A stretch of DNA of 64,000 nucleotides from Lachnospiraceae bacterium (GCA_024683645.1 JAIKYA010000090.1:530-64529), one strand, 5' to 3'. Shown: positions 21,753-31,620, counted from the stretch's first letter. Program-made: numbers and translations. The notes: generated by a model not told the origin, from the letters alone.

Positions 21753-24110
21753 TCAGAGAAATACGCCTGCGATAAACTTAACAAGAAATGCGATGATCCA
21801 GGCTACAGCGCACTGGAATAGAACGGTCTTAGCCGCAGTCTTTCCGCCGGCTTCCTTCTTTATTACAGCCACTGCCGCCACACAGGGCGTATACAGCAGG
21901 CAGAAAACGAGAAATACCAGCGCCGTGAGCGGTGTGAGTGCCGCCTTTAAGCCTGCTGCCCCGCCGTACAGAACGGTCAGCATCGAAACCACACTCTCCT
22001 TTGCCAGAAAGCCGGATATCAGCGAAGTCACCATCTTCCAGTCTCCGAAACCGAGAGGCTTAAACAGCGGCGACAGTATGCCTGCGAGCATGGCGAGTAT
22101 GCTCCTCTCCGAATCCTCTACCAGATGGAACGAGAGGTCGAAACTCTGCAGAAACCACACTGCTATGGTGCCGATAAAGATCACGGAAAATGCCCTTTGC
22201 AGGAAATCCTTTGCCTTGTCCCACATGAGCATCAGCACGTTCTTTGCGCCGGGCAGCCTGTAATTGGGCAGTTCCATCACAAACGGGACCGCCTCCCCCT
22301 TAAACAGCGTGTATTTCCCGATATGCGCCACAAGTATGGCCGTGATGATGCCGATAAAATACAGCCCCACCATGACAACGGCCGCGTATTCCCTGAAGAA
22401 TGCCGCCGCAAAAAACGCATAGATCGGGAGCTTGGCACTGCAGCTCATAAAAGGTATCAGCAGCTGCGTCATCTTTCTGTCCCTGTCGGAAGGAAGGGTT
22501 CTCGTTGCCATTACCGCAGGCACGGTACAGCCGAAGCCGATGAGCATCGGTACGATACTCCTTCCGGACAGCCCTATACGGCGCAGCAGCTTGTCCATCA
22601 CGAACGCGACCCTCGCCATATACCCGCTGTCTTCCAGCATTGAAAGGAAAAAATACAGTGTCACTATTATCGGCATGAAGCTCAGTACCGAGCCCACTCC
22701 GGTAAACACCGCGTCTATTATCAGTGAATGTATCGCATCGGAAACGCCGGCTGCAGTCAGCATCGCGTCCACCCGTTCCGTAAGAAAGCCTATGCCGTCT
22801 TCGAGCAGCCCCTGAAAAAATGCACCAATCACATTGAAAGTAAGGAAGAACACCAGCGCCATGATCCCGATAAAAGCCGGTATTGCCGTCCATCTTCCGG
22901 TAAAAAACATATCCAGACGTCTGCTGCGGGCGTGTTCCCTGCTCTCCCGCGGTTTGACTATGGTCTGTCTGCAGAGCTTGTGTATAAAGGTAAAACGCAT
23001 ATCCGCCATGGCTGCGGCACGATCCAGTCCGCGCTCCGCTTCCATCTGTACTATTATCTTTTCCAGAGCATCCTCTTCGTTTGCATCAAGCTTGAGAGCC
23101 TCCTTCACCAGCAGGTCTCCCTCTATCAGCTTACTCGCCGCAAATCTCAAAGGTATCCCGGCATTCTCGGCGTGATCCTCTATAAAGCTCATCACCGCAT
23201 GTATGGCCCTGTGCACCGCTCCGCCGTGGTCTTCCCTGTCACAGAAATCCTCTCTTCCCGGTTTTTCCGCATACTTTGCGATATGCACCGCGTGTCGCAC
23301 CAGCTCTTCTATACCCTGGTTCTTCGCTGCCGAGATAGGGACCACCGGTATCTGCAGAAGCTTCTCCAGCCTGTTTATCTTTACGGCACCGCCGTTCCCC
23401 GCCATTTCGTCCATCATGTTCATGGCCACAACCATCGGTATGTCCAGTTCCAGAAGCTGCATGGTCAGGTACAGGTTTCTTTCTATATTTGTCGCATCTA
23501 CTATATTGATAATGGCTGAGGGTTTCTCCTCCAGCACGAATCTCCTGGATACTATCTCTTCACTGGAATAGGGCGACATGGAATAAATGCCCGGCAGATC
23601 CACTACTTCCGTGTCCGGATAGCCGATGATCCCGCCGCTCTTCCGATCCACCGTCACTCCGGGAAAATTCCCCACATGCTGGTTCGAACCCGTCAGTCTG
23701 TTGAAAAGCGTTGTCTTTCCGCAGTTCTGGTTTCCCACCAGAGCGAATTTAAGTGTTCCTTTTACTTCCTTATCTTCCGTGTGTTCAAGGGAATAGTCAT
23801 GGGTATCGGCCTCCTCACCCAGGGCAGGATGCGGTATATCCGGTATGAATTCCCTGTCCTTCTCGTCTGCTGCTCCCCCGGTGTCCCTGACATCTTCTAT
23901 CTCAATGTTTTCGGCATCCGCGAGCCTTATAGTCAGTTCATAGCCCGAGATCATCAGCTCTATCGGGTCTCCCATCGGCGCATATTTTATCAGAGATACT
24001 TCCACACCGGGTATCATTCCCATATCAAGAAAATGCTGTCTTAAAGCACCGCTTCCGCCTACAGTCTTTATCTTCGCTGTTTTTCCTTTTTCAAGTTCTC
24101 CCAGGTTCAT
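21753..24110 (-). CDS. feoB: Ferrous iron transporter FeoB with fused N-terminal FeoA domain
   Basis: FeoA (FLDMG..PG, APMGDP); GNQNCGKT, GNFPGVT, DLPG; GFGCTVP, PFMSCSA, YTPC. Confidence 0.95.
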   Translation of the reverse strand: MNLGELEKGKTAKIKTVGGSGALRQHFLDMGMIPGVEVSLIKYAPMGDPIELMISGYELTIRLADAENIEIEDVRDTGGAADEKDREFIPDIPHPALGEEADTHDYSLEHTEDKEVKGTLKFALVGNQNCGKTTLFNRLTGSNQHVGNFPGVTVDRKSGGIIGYPDTEVVDLPGIYSMSPYSSEEIVSRRFVLEEKPSAIINIVDATNIERNLYLTMQLLELDIPMVVAMNMMDEMAGNGGAVKINRLEKLLQIPVVPISAAKNQGIEELVRHAVHIAKYAEKPGREDFCDREDHGGAVHRAIHAVMSFIEDHAENAGIPLRFAASKLIEGDLLVKEALKLDANEEDALEKIIVQMEAERGLDRAAAMADMRFTFIHKLCRQTIVKPRESREHARSRRLDMFFTGRWTAIPAFIGIMALVFFLTFNVIGAFFQGLLEDGIGFLTERVDAMLTAAGVSDAIHSLIIDAVFTGVGSVLSFMPIIVTLYFFLSMLEDSGYMARVAFVMDKLLRRIGLSGRSIVPMLIGFGCTVPAVMATRTLPSDRDRKMTQLLIPFMSCSAKLPIYAFFAAAFFREYAAVVMVGLYFIGIITAILVAHIGKYTLFKGEAVPFVMELPNYRLPGAKNVLMLMWDKAKDFLQRAFSVIFIGTIAVWFLQSFDLSFHLVEDSERSILAMLAGILSPLFKPLGFGDWKMVTSLISGFLAKESVVSMLTVLYGGAAGLKAALTPLTALVFLVFCLLYTPCVAAVAVIKKEAGGKTAAKTVLFQCAVAWIIAFLVKFIAGVFL

Positions 24111-24123
24111 ACAGGATCCTTCC

Positions 24124-24387
24124 TCAATGTGTCTTAAGCGTGTGATATATCACCTTCGAAGTGATGCCTTCCAGCATACCGAGTTTTCCGGAAAGCGAAC
24201 TTATCACGTCTCCGGGTGCCTCTATCGCAATACTTATTATCGCAAGCTCCTCACCGTTATGATGCTGGTGCGGCAGCCCCATCCTTCCGAGTATATACTG
24301 CTGATACCCTGAAAGTATCGTATTTATCTTCCCGGTCTGACTCATATCGGATACTATTATCCCTATCAGTGCTATTCTGTTTTCCAT
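24124..24387 (-). CDS. TM1266-family (iron-only hydrogenase system) ACT-like regulator
   Basis: RIALIGIIV, ILGRMGLP, LSGKLG pattern; 87 aa. Confidence 0.8.
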   Translation of the reverse strand: MENRIALIGIIVSDMSQTGKINTILSGYQQYILGRMGLPHQHHNGEELAIISIAIEAPGDVISSLSGKLGMLEGITSKVIYHTLKTH

Positions 24388-24390
24388 ATA

Positions 24391-25767
24391 TCACTCCATG
24401 TCCTCCGCGATCTTCAGTACTCCGCATTCAAGCGTAAGTCTCTGAGCTCCGAAGATCTTAGCATCTTCGCCGTCATGGCTTGCGATTATCAGCGTTCTTC
24501 CCCCGCGTTTCGCTTTAATCGTTTCCGTCAGCTTATGCTTTGTCTGTGCATCCAGCCCCGTAAAAGGCTCGTCCATGATCAATACATCCGAAGGATGCAT
24601 CAGCGCCCTTAGTACCGCCACACGGCGTTTTTCACCGCCGCTGAGATTCCCGACCGGCTGTGCCGCCACCTCCGCAGGCAGCAGCTTCCCGATCTCTCCG
24701 GCTATATCGCCTCTGCAGCCTGCAGCCTGCAGGTTTCTCAGGGCATTTGCCTCGGGGATCAGCCTGTCTTCCTGAAAAACCATGCTCACATTCAGGGCTT
24801 TTGCCCTTCCGCCGTCCGCGGGAATGATCCCCGCAAGTATCTTAAACAGCGTAGTCTTGCCGCTCCCCGACGGAGCGCTTAAACAGTATATTCTCCCTGC
24901 TTCGAGTTTAACGGAGGTATCAAGTATCACTCTGCCATCATAACATTTTCTTATCCCTTCCGCCACTACCGGGGCGCTCCCCGTTTCATTTTCTCCCATA
25001 CTCCTCTTAAGCGCTGTGGGACAGGGCTCGGGACAACGGGCGATCTGTTTTATTATGTACAATATAAATCTCTCACTCAGATAACTGAGCAGGAGTATCA
25101 CTATGATCCACGCAAAGACTCCGGCCGTGTTCAGGTATATCTTATCCCTGTATAGCTGCTCTCCTATGCTGTTTTTCGGCAGTCCTATTATCTCGGCAGC
25201 CACTCCGGATTTAAATGCCATACCCAGTGACACCTCGGTTGCGGAGATCAGATACGGTCTGTATGAAAAACGCCGGATCCACAAAAACTTCTCCCGCCAC
25301 CCCATCCTGTATACCTTAGCCATCTCCAGAAGAGAGCGGTCCGTCTTTTTCAGGCCGGTCAGCACATTCTCATATATACCGGGGAAAACGACCATGAAAG
25401 CTATGCAAAGCACCAGCAGTTTTGTCCCCCACCATATCAGCAGTATCACAACCACTGCCGCAACCGGCACGGATTTAAGGAATGCAACCACAGGTTTTAT
25501 CATATCTTCAATAAAGGAACGTCCGCATGCGGCAAAAGCAAGCACAAAAGCCGTAAATGCTGCTGCGGCAAACCCTCCGAAAATACGAAAAAGCGATCCG
25601 CCAACAGATCGCCAGAACAACGCACCCCCCGCCTGTGAGACCAGTTCAGACACAGTCTCAGACGGAGAGGCAAAGTATATCGGATTATGTATGAGCAGCG
25701 CCGCAAGCTGCCATAACAATATCCAGAAAAAGATGATCGCTGTTTTTTTCAGAAAACTTTTTTTCAC
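24391..25767 (-). CDS. NitT/TauT-type ABC permease-ATPase fusion
   Basis: Permease N-half (LLEMAKVY, GVAAEIIG) plus Walker A PSGSGKT, LSGGE, MDEPF. Confidence 0.88.
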   Translation of the reverse strand: MKKSFLKKTAIIFFWILLWQLAALLIHNPIYFASPSETVSELVSQAGGALFWRSVGGSLFRIFGGFAAAAFTAFVLAFAACGRSFIEDMIKPVVAFLKSVPVAAVVVILLIWWGTKLLVLCIAFMVVFPGIYENVLTGLKKTDRSLLEMAKVYRMGWREKFLWIRRFSYRPYLISATEVSLGMAFKSGVAAEIIGLPKNSIGEQLYRDKIYLNTAGVFAWIIVILLLSYLSERFILYIIKQIARCPEPCPTALKRSMGENETGSAPVVAEGIRKCYDGRVILDTSVKLEAGRIYCLSAPSGSGKTTLFKILAGIIPADGGRAKALNVSMVFQEDRLIPEANALRNLQAAGCRGDIAGEIGKLLPAEVAAQPVGNLSGGEKRRVAVLRALMHPSDVLIMDEPFTGLDAQTKHKLTETIKAKRGGRTLIIASHDGEDAKIFGAQRLTLECGVLKIAEDME

Positions 25768-26729
25768 TTTATTTCAATGATGGAATAGAAATCATCACCG
25801 GGTAAGGCCCCGCCTACCGATGCCGGATCCTGATCATACAGCACCTGCAGATAACCCGAAAGCGCCGCCTTCATATCGTTTCCGCTCAGGCATACTATGT
25901 TGCAGAAGGGTATCGCTTTCTCTGCGACCGGCGCCTTTTCTATAATACCCGCATCTGCGGTATACTGCGCAGCTGTCTTAGTATCGCTGTTTACGAAATT
26001 CACACTGTCCGCATGATCGGCCGTGAACTTTGCGACTGCCTGAGGATGCTCCTCCAAAAACTGTTTCCTTACGATCGTGACACCCGTGAGCAGCTGTGAG
26101 CCGTTACCCAGCGCATCCCATTCCTTCGTCATATCCAGCACTATCTTAAGCTGTTCGTTCTGCGAAAGAGCCGCTGTCACAAAAGGCTGGGGCAGCATGC
26201 CCACCGCTGAGGGATCCGCAGCCAGTGTGGCTGCCACTTCCGTCGCTTCCGATTTGAACTCTACAGTCACCTTATCTGTAAGGCCGTTTGCCTCCAGAAG
26301 GTATCTGAGCACATACTCGGGTGTACTTCCCGCACCTGTGGTATAGACCGTCCTGCCCTCAAGATCGGCAAAAGACTTTATGCCTTCATCACCGCTCACC
26401 ATATAAAGAACGCCCAGTGTATTGATATCTGTCACGGATACCCCGCCGTTAGTCTTCTTATATAACACGGAAGCAACGTTGGCCGGGATCAGTGCAATAT
26501 CAATATCGCCTGATGCAACTGCGGATATCAGCACATCCGCCTGGGTTTCCATCGTAAAACTGTAATTTGAACCTGCCTGATCGTGGATAAGTTTGACCAG
26601 ACCTATGGAAGTGGGGCCTTTCAGCGAACCCACGCGTACCGCGGTATCATCCTCTTTCGGCTTACCGCAGCCTCCCATCACAAAAACAATTGCCATGAAG
26701 GCAATAAGCGCTGTTAAATATCTTTTCAT
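25764..26729 (-). CDS. NitT/TauT-type ABC substrate-binding lipoprotein
   Basis: Lipobox MGGC; LKGPTS, TLGVLY, LPQPFVT; stop overlaps permease start. Confidence 0.85.
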   Translation of the reverse strand: MKRYLTALIAFMAIVFVMGGCGKPKEDDTAVRVGSLKGPTSIGLVKLIHDQAGSNYSFTMETQADVLISAVASGDIDIALIPANVASVLYKKTNGGVSVTDINTLGVLYMVSGDEGIKSFADLEGRTVYTTGAGSTPEYVLRYLLEANGLTDKVTVEFKSEATEVAATLAADPSAVGMLPQPFVTAALSQNEQLKIVLDMTKEWDALGNGSQLLTGVTIVRKQFLEEHPQAVAKFTADHADSVNFVNSDTKTAAQYTADAGIIEKAPVAEKAIPFCNIVCLSGNDMKAALSGYLQVLYDQDPASVGGALPGDDFYSIIEIK

Positions 26730-26805
26730 TTATGCTCCTTTCTACTCAGCACTAAGCTTTGTCATCAGGTTTATATTTTCGGGCCGTGCCCGACTGTGAC
26801 CGCAT

Positions 26806-27558
26806 TTAAGTCAGCAGGAATATATCGACTTCCTTTATCCACTTATCGGGTTCAAAGCAGGCCAGCTGTGCATGTCTGTAGCCATCAAATACTCGTATCT
26901 GCGTCTGGGGATTTGCTTCTTTCATCTTCTGCGCGGCTTTTTTGGCGAGCAGCTCGTTACCCTTTGTTCCGTGCATGAACATTATCTTCATGGAACTGTC
27001 ATAAGTCTTAAACGTAAAGCTGTCGAAAGCTCCTTCCACTATCTTCTTTACCGACTGGTCTTCTATCTTATCCGCTATATTAAGGTAATTTCCAAGATAT
27101 CTCTCGGGAAGGAATTCCTTCTTTGCACTCTCCAATACCTTATAATCCCTCTGTCTGGTCTTATGTATGATATTTACATAGCTCTGCTTTAAAAGCTCCG
27201 TAAACACTCCGGGCATCTTCAGTAGCGGTGCGCCGTCCAATACCAGATAATCCACGCTTATACCCAATGTTCCGGCCAGACCTGCGGCTATACGCCCGCC
27301 GAGCGACAGACCGCAGAGCACATGGATCTTTCCTTCAAAATTGTGCAGCAGATAATCCCTTATAACTTCGGTCTCCTTTTCAAGAGACTCAAATATCGTT
27401 GTTTCGTCCTGTGAATGACCGTCAAGTTCCGGGATAACAACATAGTATACCTTGGAAAAATACTCTGCCGCATCTTCCCATATCTGCCACGGCGTAAGCA
27501 TCCCGTGGATCAGTACCATTACTTCGTTGTTTTCATTTCCAAATGTATGAAACTGCAT
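26806..27558 (-). CDS. Alpha/beta hydrolase
   Basis: LIHG, LDGH, GLSLGG nucleophile elbow, C-terminal His; SD before MQFHTFG. Confidence 0.88.
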   Translation of the reverse strand: MQFHTFGNENNEVMVLIHGMLTPWQIWEDAAEYFSKVYYVVIPELDGHSQDETTIFESLEKETEVIRDYLLHNFEGKIHVLCGLSLGGRIAAGLAGTLGISVDYLVLDGAPLLKMPGVFTELLKQSYVNIIHKTRQRDYKVLESAKKEFLPERYLGNYLNIADKIEDQSVKKIVEGAFDSFTFKTYDSSMKIMFMHGTKGNELLAKKAAQKMKEANPQTQIRVFDGYRHAQLACFEPDKWIKEVDIFLLT

Positions 27559-27597
27559 TTTGTCTCCCTTCAGGTCTCCGTTCACATTCCGCGCAAT

Positions 27598-27626
27598 ATT
27601 ATATCCCATCGCATCCGTTAGGTCAA
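27598..27626 (-). promoter_or_regulatory. Sigma-A promoter of hydrolase gene
   Basis: TTGACC-N17-TATAAT. Confidence 0.7.
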
Positions 27627-27664
27627 TTCAAATTGAAAACACTGCCTTACTATACTATGTTGCT

Positions 27665-27797
27665 AAGGTCAAATGGGCATACGATCAAAGATCGTATGGC
27701 TATATTGCACAATAAATCGCTCCGGCAAGCTAGCTTGCCGAAACGATTTTTGTGCAATAGCTCCAAGCAGCGATGCTGCTTGGACCCATTTGACCCT
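27665..27797 (+). repeat. Four-way-junction palindromic element, copy 1
   Basis: Closing stem GGTCAAATGGG/CCCATTTGACC enclosing three hairpins; homologous to 32902-33030. Confidence 0.85.
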
Positions 27798-27850
27798 GAT
27801 AGCATATTATATAAAATAACAAAGGACAGCCCCGGATTTCCCGTAGACCG

Positions 27851-27885
27851 AAAAAGACACCCTGCAGTAATTGCAGGGTGCCTTT
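27851..27885 (-). terminator. Rho-independent terminator of the sugar ABC operon
   Basis: CACCCTGCA-N5-TGCAGGGTG followed by TCTTTTT on the minus strand. Confidence 0.8.
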
Positions 27886-27912
27886 CCGGTTAATATCTAG
27901 GGGGGTAGTAGA

Positions 27913-29646
27913 TTACTCAAGTGTTGTAGCGCTTCCGTACAGACCTTCCCATGCGGTTGTACGCTCATCAATGATGGCCTGTCCGCCTGAGGTGAGGTAA
28001 TCTGTCATCAGCTCGTCCCACTTAGCATCGAACTCTTCGGGCTTGCAGCTCATTACGGTATCATAGATGATATTTCTCTTTGCGTTGAGAGCTTCACCCA
28101 TACCTGTCTCAGCTTCGATAGCTGTGATCTTGGAGTTCTTAGCGGGCTTCTTGCCGTTGTTTGCTACCTTGTTAGCCTTGTCAACATCCTCGGGATCGCA
28201 GGGAGGATAGTTGTTGTTGAGTGACTTGGTGGTCAGCTCTTCTGTTGAAAGATGAAGTCCGTTACATGTGATCGTCATATCGATGTTCTGTCCGGAGTTC
28301 ATTATAGGATCGCCTGTTGCGGGCATGAAGGAATAAGAACCGTCAGCGTTAACTGTATGTGTCACACCTTCGTCACCACACTGCAGATACTCGATGTGTA
28401 CGGGATCAGAGATCCAGTCAAGATAAAGCAGTGATGCAAGAGGCTCATCATTAGTATTCGGGAAGAATATCTTTCTGTCGCCGGCAGTTGAATCGCAGTA
28501 CTTGACGTATTCGCCGTTGGAAGCTTCGAAGCAGTCAACTGCTACAAACTTTGCGTTCTCGCCTACGAGTCTCTTCAGGTTGGCATTGATGGAATCCTCG
28601 CCGCCTCTGAAAGGATAATCCCAATTGTGCATGAATGCGCCTACATAACCTGCCTTCATGTTGTCATCTTCTACGGTATCGCCGTCATGAAGAACGAACT
28701 CGTCCCACATAAGGCCTTCGTTGTACCACTGGTTAAGGATCTTCATAGCTTCCTTGGTACCGTTCTGTGTAAGCTTTCTGTCATCAAATCCGTTTACATA
28801 GAGCTCTTTGTCTGTGATGTTAGGATCCATCATGGACTCGATAAGAAGAGCAGCTCTCCAGCCTACGTCAACCGAGCATGAGAAAGGAACCATCTTGTCA
28901 GCATCTGCGCCGAGAAGGGTGCTTGCGTTCTCCTTGAATGCCTTCAGCATGTTATAGAACTCTTCTCTTGTGGTAGGCTCTGCGATACCGAGGGTATCAA
29001 GCCAGTCTTTACGAACAAAAGTAACAATACGGTTGTTGTTTGCACGCTTTCCTTCAAGTGCCCATAGGGTTCCGTCGGTAACGCTCTTATCCCAGTACAT
29101 ATTGGTGGTTCCGAGCCAGTTCCAAAGGTTAGGGATGTCGTTCTTGTTATCAACTACCAGGTTCTGCAGATCGAGAACACCGCCCATGTCAGCATAGGTC
29201 TGGATGGTAGGATAAGAATAGGTAAGGCAGATGTCGGGAGCAGTACCTGCAGCAAGCAGGTTGTTGATCTCATCAACCTCTGTCCAACGGGGAACTGCTA
29301 CGAACTCAACTTCTACGTTGTGATCTTCAAGCATACCCTTCTTGATGTAGTCGGTGTACATGTTGTTTGTAGGATCTGTACCGCCGTCGTTACCACGGTC
29401 ATAAACCTCAACGGTGATCTTTCTGGTCTCTGCAAACTTTCCGTCTGTGAGCTCGGAAGCATTTCCGCCCTCGATCTCGGTTCCGTCACCCTCAAAAGTA
29501 GACTGGGAAACGGGTTCTTCAGTGATGGTCTGAGTAGTAGGAGCGGGATCGCTTGTTGCTTCTCCGCCATCAGCTGTCTTTCCGCAGGCTGCCATGGATA
29601 ATACCATAGAGCCGACGAGCAACAATGACAAAACTCTTTTTTTCAT
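27913..29646 (-). CDS. Sugar ABC solute-binding lipoprotein (LplA-like)
   Basis: Lipobox MAAC; AAGTAPDI, VRKDWLD, EEFDAKWD. Confidence 0.88.
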   Translation of the reverse strand: MKKRVLSLLLVGSMVLSMAACGKTADGGEATSDPAPTTQTITEEPVSQSTFEGDGTEIEGGNASELTDGKFAETRKITVEVYDRGNDGGTDPTNNMYTDYIKKGMLEDHNVEVEFVAVPRWTEVDEINNLLAAGTAPDICLTYSYPTIQTYADMGGVLDLQNLVVDNKNDIPNLWNWLGTTNMYWDKSVTDGTLWALEGKRANNNRIVTFVRKDWLDTLGIAEPTTREEFYNMLKAFKENASTLLGADADKMVPFSCSVDVGWRAALLIESMMDPNITDKELYVNGFDDRKLTQNGTKEAMKILNQWYNEGLMWDEFVLHDGDTVEDDNMKAGYVGAFMHNWDYPFRGGEDSINANLKRLVGENAKFVAVDCFEASNGEYVKYCDSTAGDRKIFFPNTNDEPLASLLYLDWISDPVHIEYLQCGDEGVTHTVNADGSYSFMPATGDPIMNSGQNIDMTITCNGLHLSTEELTTKSLNNNYPPCDPEDVDKANKVANNGKKPAKNSKITAIEAETGMGEALNAKRNIIYDTVMSCKPEEFDAKWDELMTDYLTSGGQAIIDERTTAWEGLYGSATTLE

Positions 29647-29709
29647 TTCTTCCTCCTTATTATACTTTTATTTATTTGTGGCGTTTAACGCCAGGTTAAC
29701 ATGGTTGGG

Positions 29710-30609
29710 TTATTCTTTCACTGCACCGAGGGTAACACCCTGAATGAAATACTTCTGCAGGAAAGGATAAATACAAAGAATGGGCACGGTCGAGAACATG
29801 ACTATCGCCGCTTTCAGGGATTCCTGCAGACCGGGCTGCGAGAAACCTTCCTGGGTTGCTACTTCGACCTGATTGATATTGTTCAGTATGTTATAAAGCA
29901 GCAGCTGCAGAGGATAGTAATCCTTGTTCTTCATATACATAAGTGCATCCGAGTAGCCGTTCCATCTTCCGACCGCATAGAACAGGGCAAGAGTTGCGAG
30001 CACCGGCTTTGAAAGAGGGATGTATATGTTCCAGAGTATGGTAAGGTAGTTCGCACCGTCTATCTCAGCGGATTCCCTCAGTGAATCAGGTATTCCGTAG
30101 AAGAAGCTTCTCAGTATTATCATGTTATAAACGCTTAAGCAGCCGGGAACGATGAGCACCAGCGGATTGTCGAGAAGGTTGAGCTTCTGCATCAGCAGGT
30201 AGTTGGGGATCGTTCCTGCGTTAAAGAACATCGTGATGGTGATGAACATGTTTATAACGTTTCTTCCCTTAAGCTGCTGGAATATCAGCGGGAACGCGCA
30301 GAGTGTACTCATCGTAAGACTCAGCAGCGTACAGATCACGGTAAGCAGTACCGTCCAGCCGAAAGCCTTTATATACTTTGCATCTGAAAGCACCGTTGAG
30401 TATGCATCGAAATTGAATCCCTTCGGCCACAGGTATACTTCATGCTTTACCAGATAATCGGTTCCGGATAAAGACCTGGCCAGCAGGTTGATCATGGGCA
30501 GCAGACAGATGATCGCGATCAGTACACATACTGCAACTATTACCCAGTCTCCTATTTTAGTCTGAAGTGAATGTATCTCTCTGCTTGTATTATCTCTTTG
30601 TACTTCCAT
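29710..30609 (-). CDS. Carbohydrate ABC permease (LplC-like)
   Basis: TMFFNAG, LRESAEIDGA, YAVGRWN, YPFLQKYF. Confidence 0.92.
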   Translation of the reverse strand: MEVQRDNTSREIHSLQTKIGDWVIVAVCVLIAIICLLPMINLLARSLSGTDYLVKHEVYLWPKGFNFDAYSTVLSDAKYIKAFGWTVLLTVICTLLSLTMSTLCAFPLIFQQLKGRNVINMFITITMFFNAGTIPNYLLMQKLNLLDNPLVLIVPGCLSVYNMIILRSFFYGIPDSLRESAEIDGANYLTILWNIYIPLSKPVLATLALFYAVGRWNGYSDALMYMKNKDYYPLQLLLYNILNNINQVEVATQEGFSQPGLQESLKAAIVMFSTVPILCIYPFLQKYFIQGVTLGAVKE

Positions 30610-30620
30610 GGCGACCTCCC

Positions 30621-31610
30621 TTACATTATTCCTCTCTCACCGAGATTCCGTGAGAACCAGTTGGCGAGCAGCAGGAATATGACATTTACGATAGACTGGA
30701 ACAGACCGACCGCAGTGGTAAGTGAGAACTGCAGGCCCTTGATACCGTATTTGTAAACGTAGGTTGAGATAACTTCCGCGTTTCTCATGACCAGGTTGTT
30801 CTGCAGAGCGAAGGGTCTGTCGAAGTTCGATCCGAGTATGTTACCGAGTGCAAGTATCAGAAGTACTACGATGGTAGGTCTTATACCGGGCAGGGTGATG
30901 TGCCACATCTTCTGCCACCTGTTTGCTCCGTCCACCGAAGCAGCCTCATACAGCTCGGGTGAAATACCGGAAATAGCTGCCAGATATATGATGGAGTTCC
31001 ATCCGAAGGACTGCCATACACCCAGACCTATATAGGTTTTTACCCAGTTGGCTCCGTCATCGAGGAACTTGACCGCAGGGAAGCCCATCTTCTGGATTAC
31101 CATATTTACAAGACCGCTTGAAGGTGTGAACAGCTGAAGTGCAAGTCCGTATATGATGACCCATGAAAGGAAGTGGGGCATGTATGCTATGGTCTGTACT
31201 GTCTTCTTGAAGAATTTGAAACGCAGTTCATTAAGAAGAAGTGCAAATATGATGGGCACCGGGAAACCTACGATGATATCGAGCAGGTTCAGGAATACCG
31301 TATTTCTCAGTGCATAGATAAAATCCTTGTTCCTGAAAGCCTTTATAAAGTACTCAAAACCATGATTCTTTGCCCAGGGCATCTCCGAAACCTTCTGTAC
31401 TATACTGTACTTCTTGAAGGCTATCAGAACATAGTACATGGGGCTGTACTTAAATATAAGAAAGTAAACGATCGGAACGATCAAAAGCACATAAAGCTGC
31501 CAGTATCTCTTTATATAGATCCCGGCAGGAGTAGTGGGAATGTATTCCTTCTTCTCCTTTTTTACTCTCTTTTCAATCTTCTCTTCCGTTACATTGAGTT
31601 CTTCTGACAT
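30621..31610 (-). CDS. Carbohydrate ABC permease (LplB-like)
   Basis: PHFLSWV, LYEAASVDGA, TAVGLFQS. Confidence 0.92.
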   Translation of the reverse strand: MSEELNVTEEKIEKRVKKEKKEYIPTTPAGIYIKRYWQLYVLLIVPIVYFLIFKYSPMYYVLIAFKKYSIVQKVSEMPWAKNHGFEYFIKAFRNKDFIYALRNTVFLNLLDIIVGFPVPIIFALLLNELRFKFFKKTVQTIAYMPHFLSWVIIYGLALQLFTPSSGLVNMVIQKMGFPAVKFLDDGANWVKTYIGLGVWQSFGWNSIIYLAAISGISPELYEAASVDGANRWQKMWHITLPGIRPTIVVLLILALGNILGSNFDRPFALQNNLVMRNAEVISTYVYKYGIKGLQFSLTTAVGLFQSIVNVIFLLLANWFSRNLGERGIM

Positions 31611-31620
31611 ATTTACCTCC

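Noticed and set aside
26730-26820. NiCo or fluoride riboswitch, or hammerhead (CTGATGA...GAAA)
   Set aside because: Only partial motif resemblance; the required flanking stems and conserved segments are missing
27665-27797. tRNA (cloverleaf-like fold)
   Set aside because: Too long, loops of 2-3 nt, no T-loop or D-loop consensus and no anticodon loop
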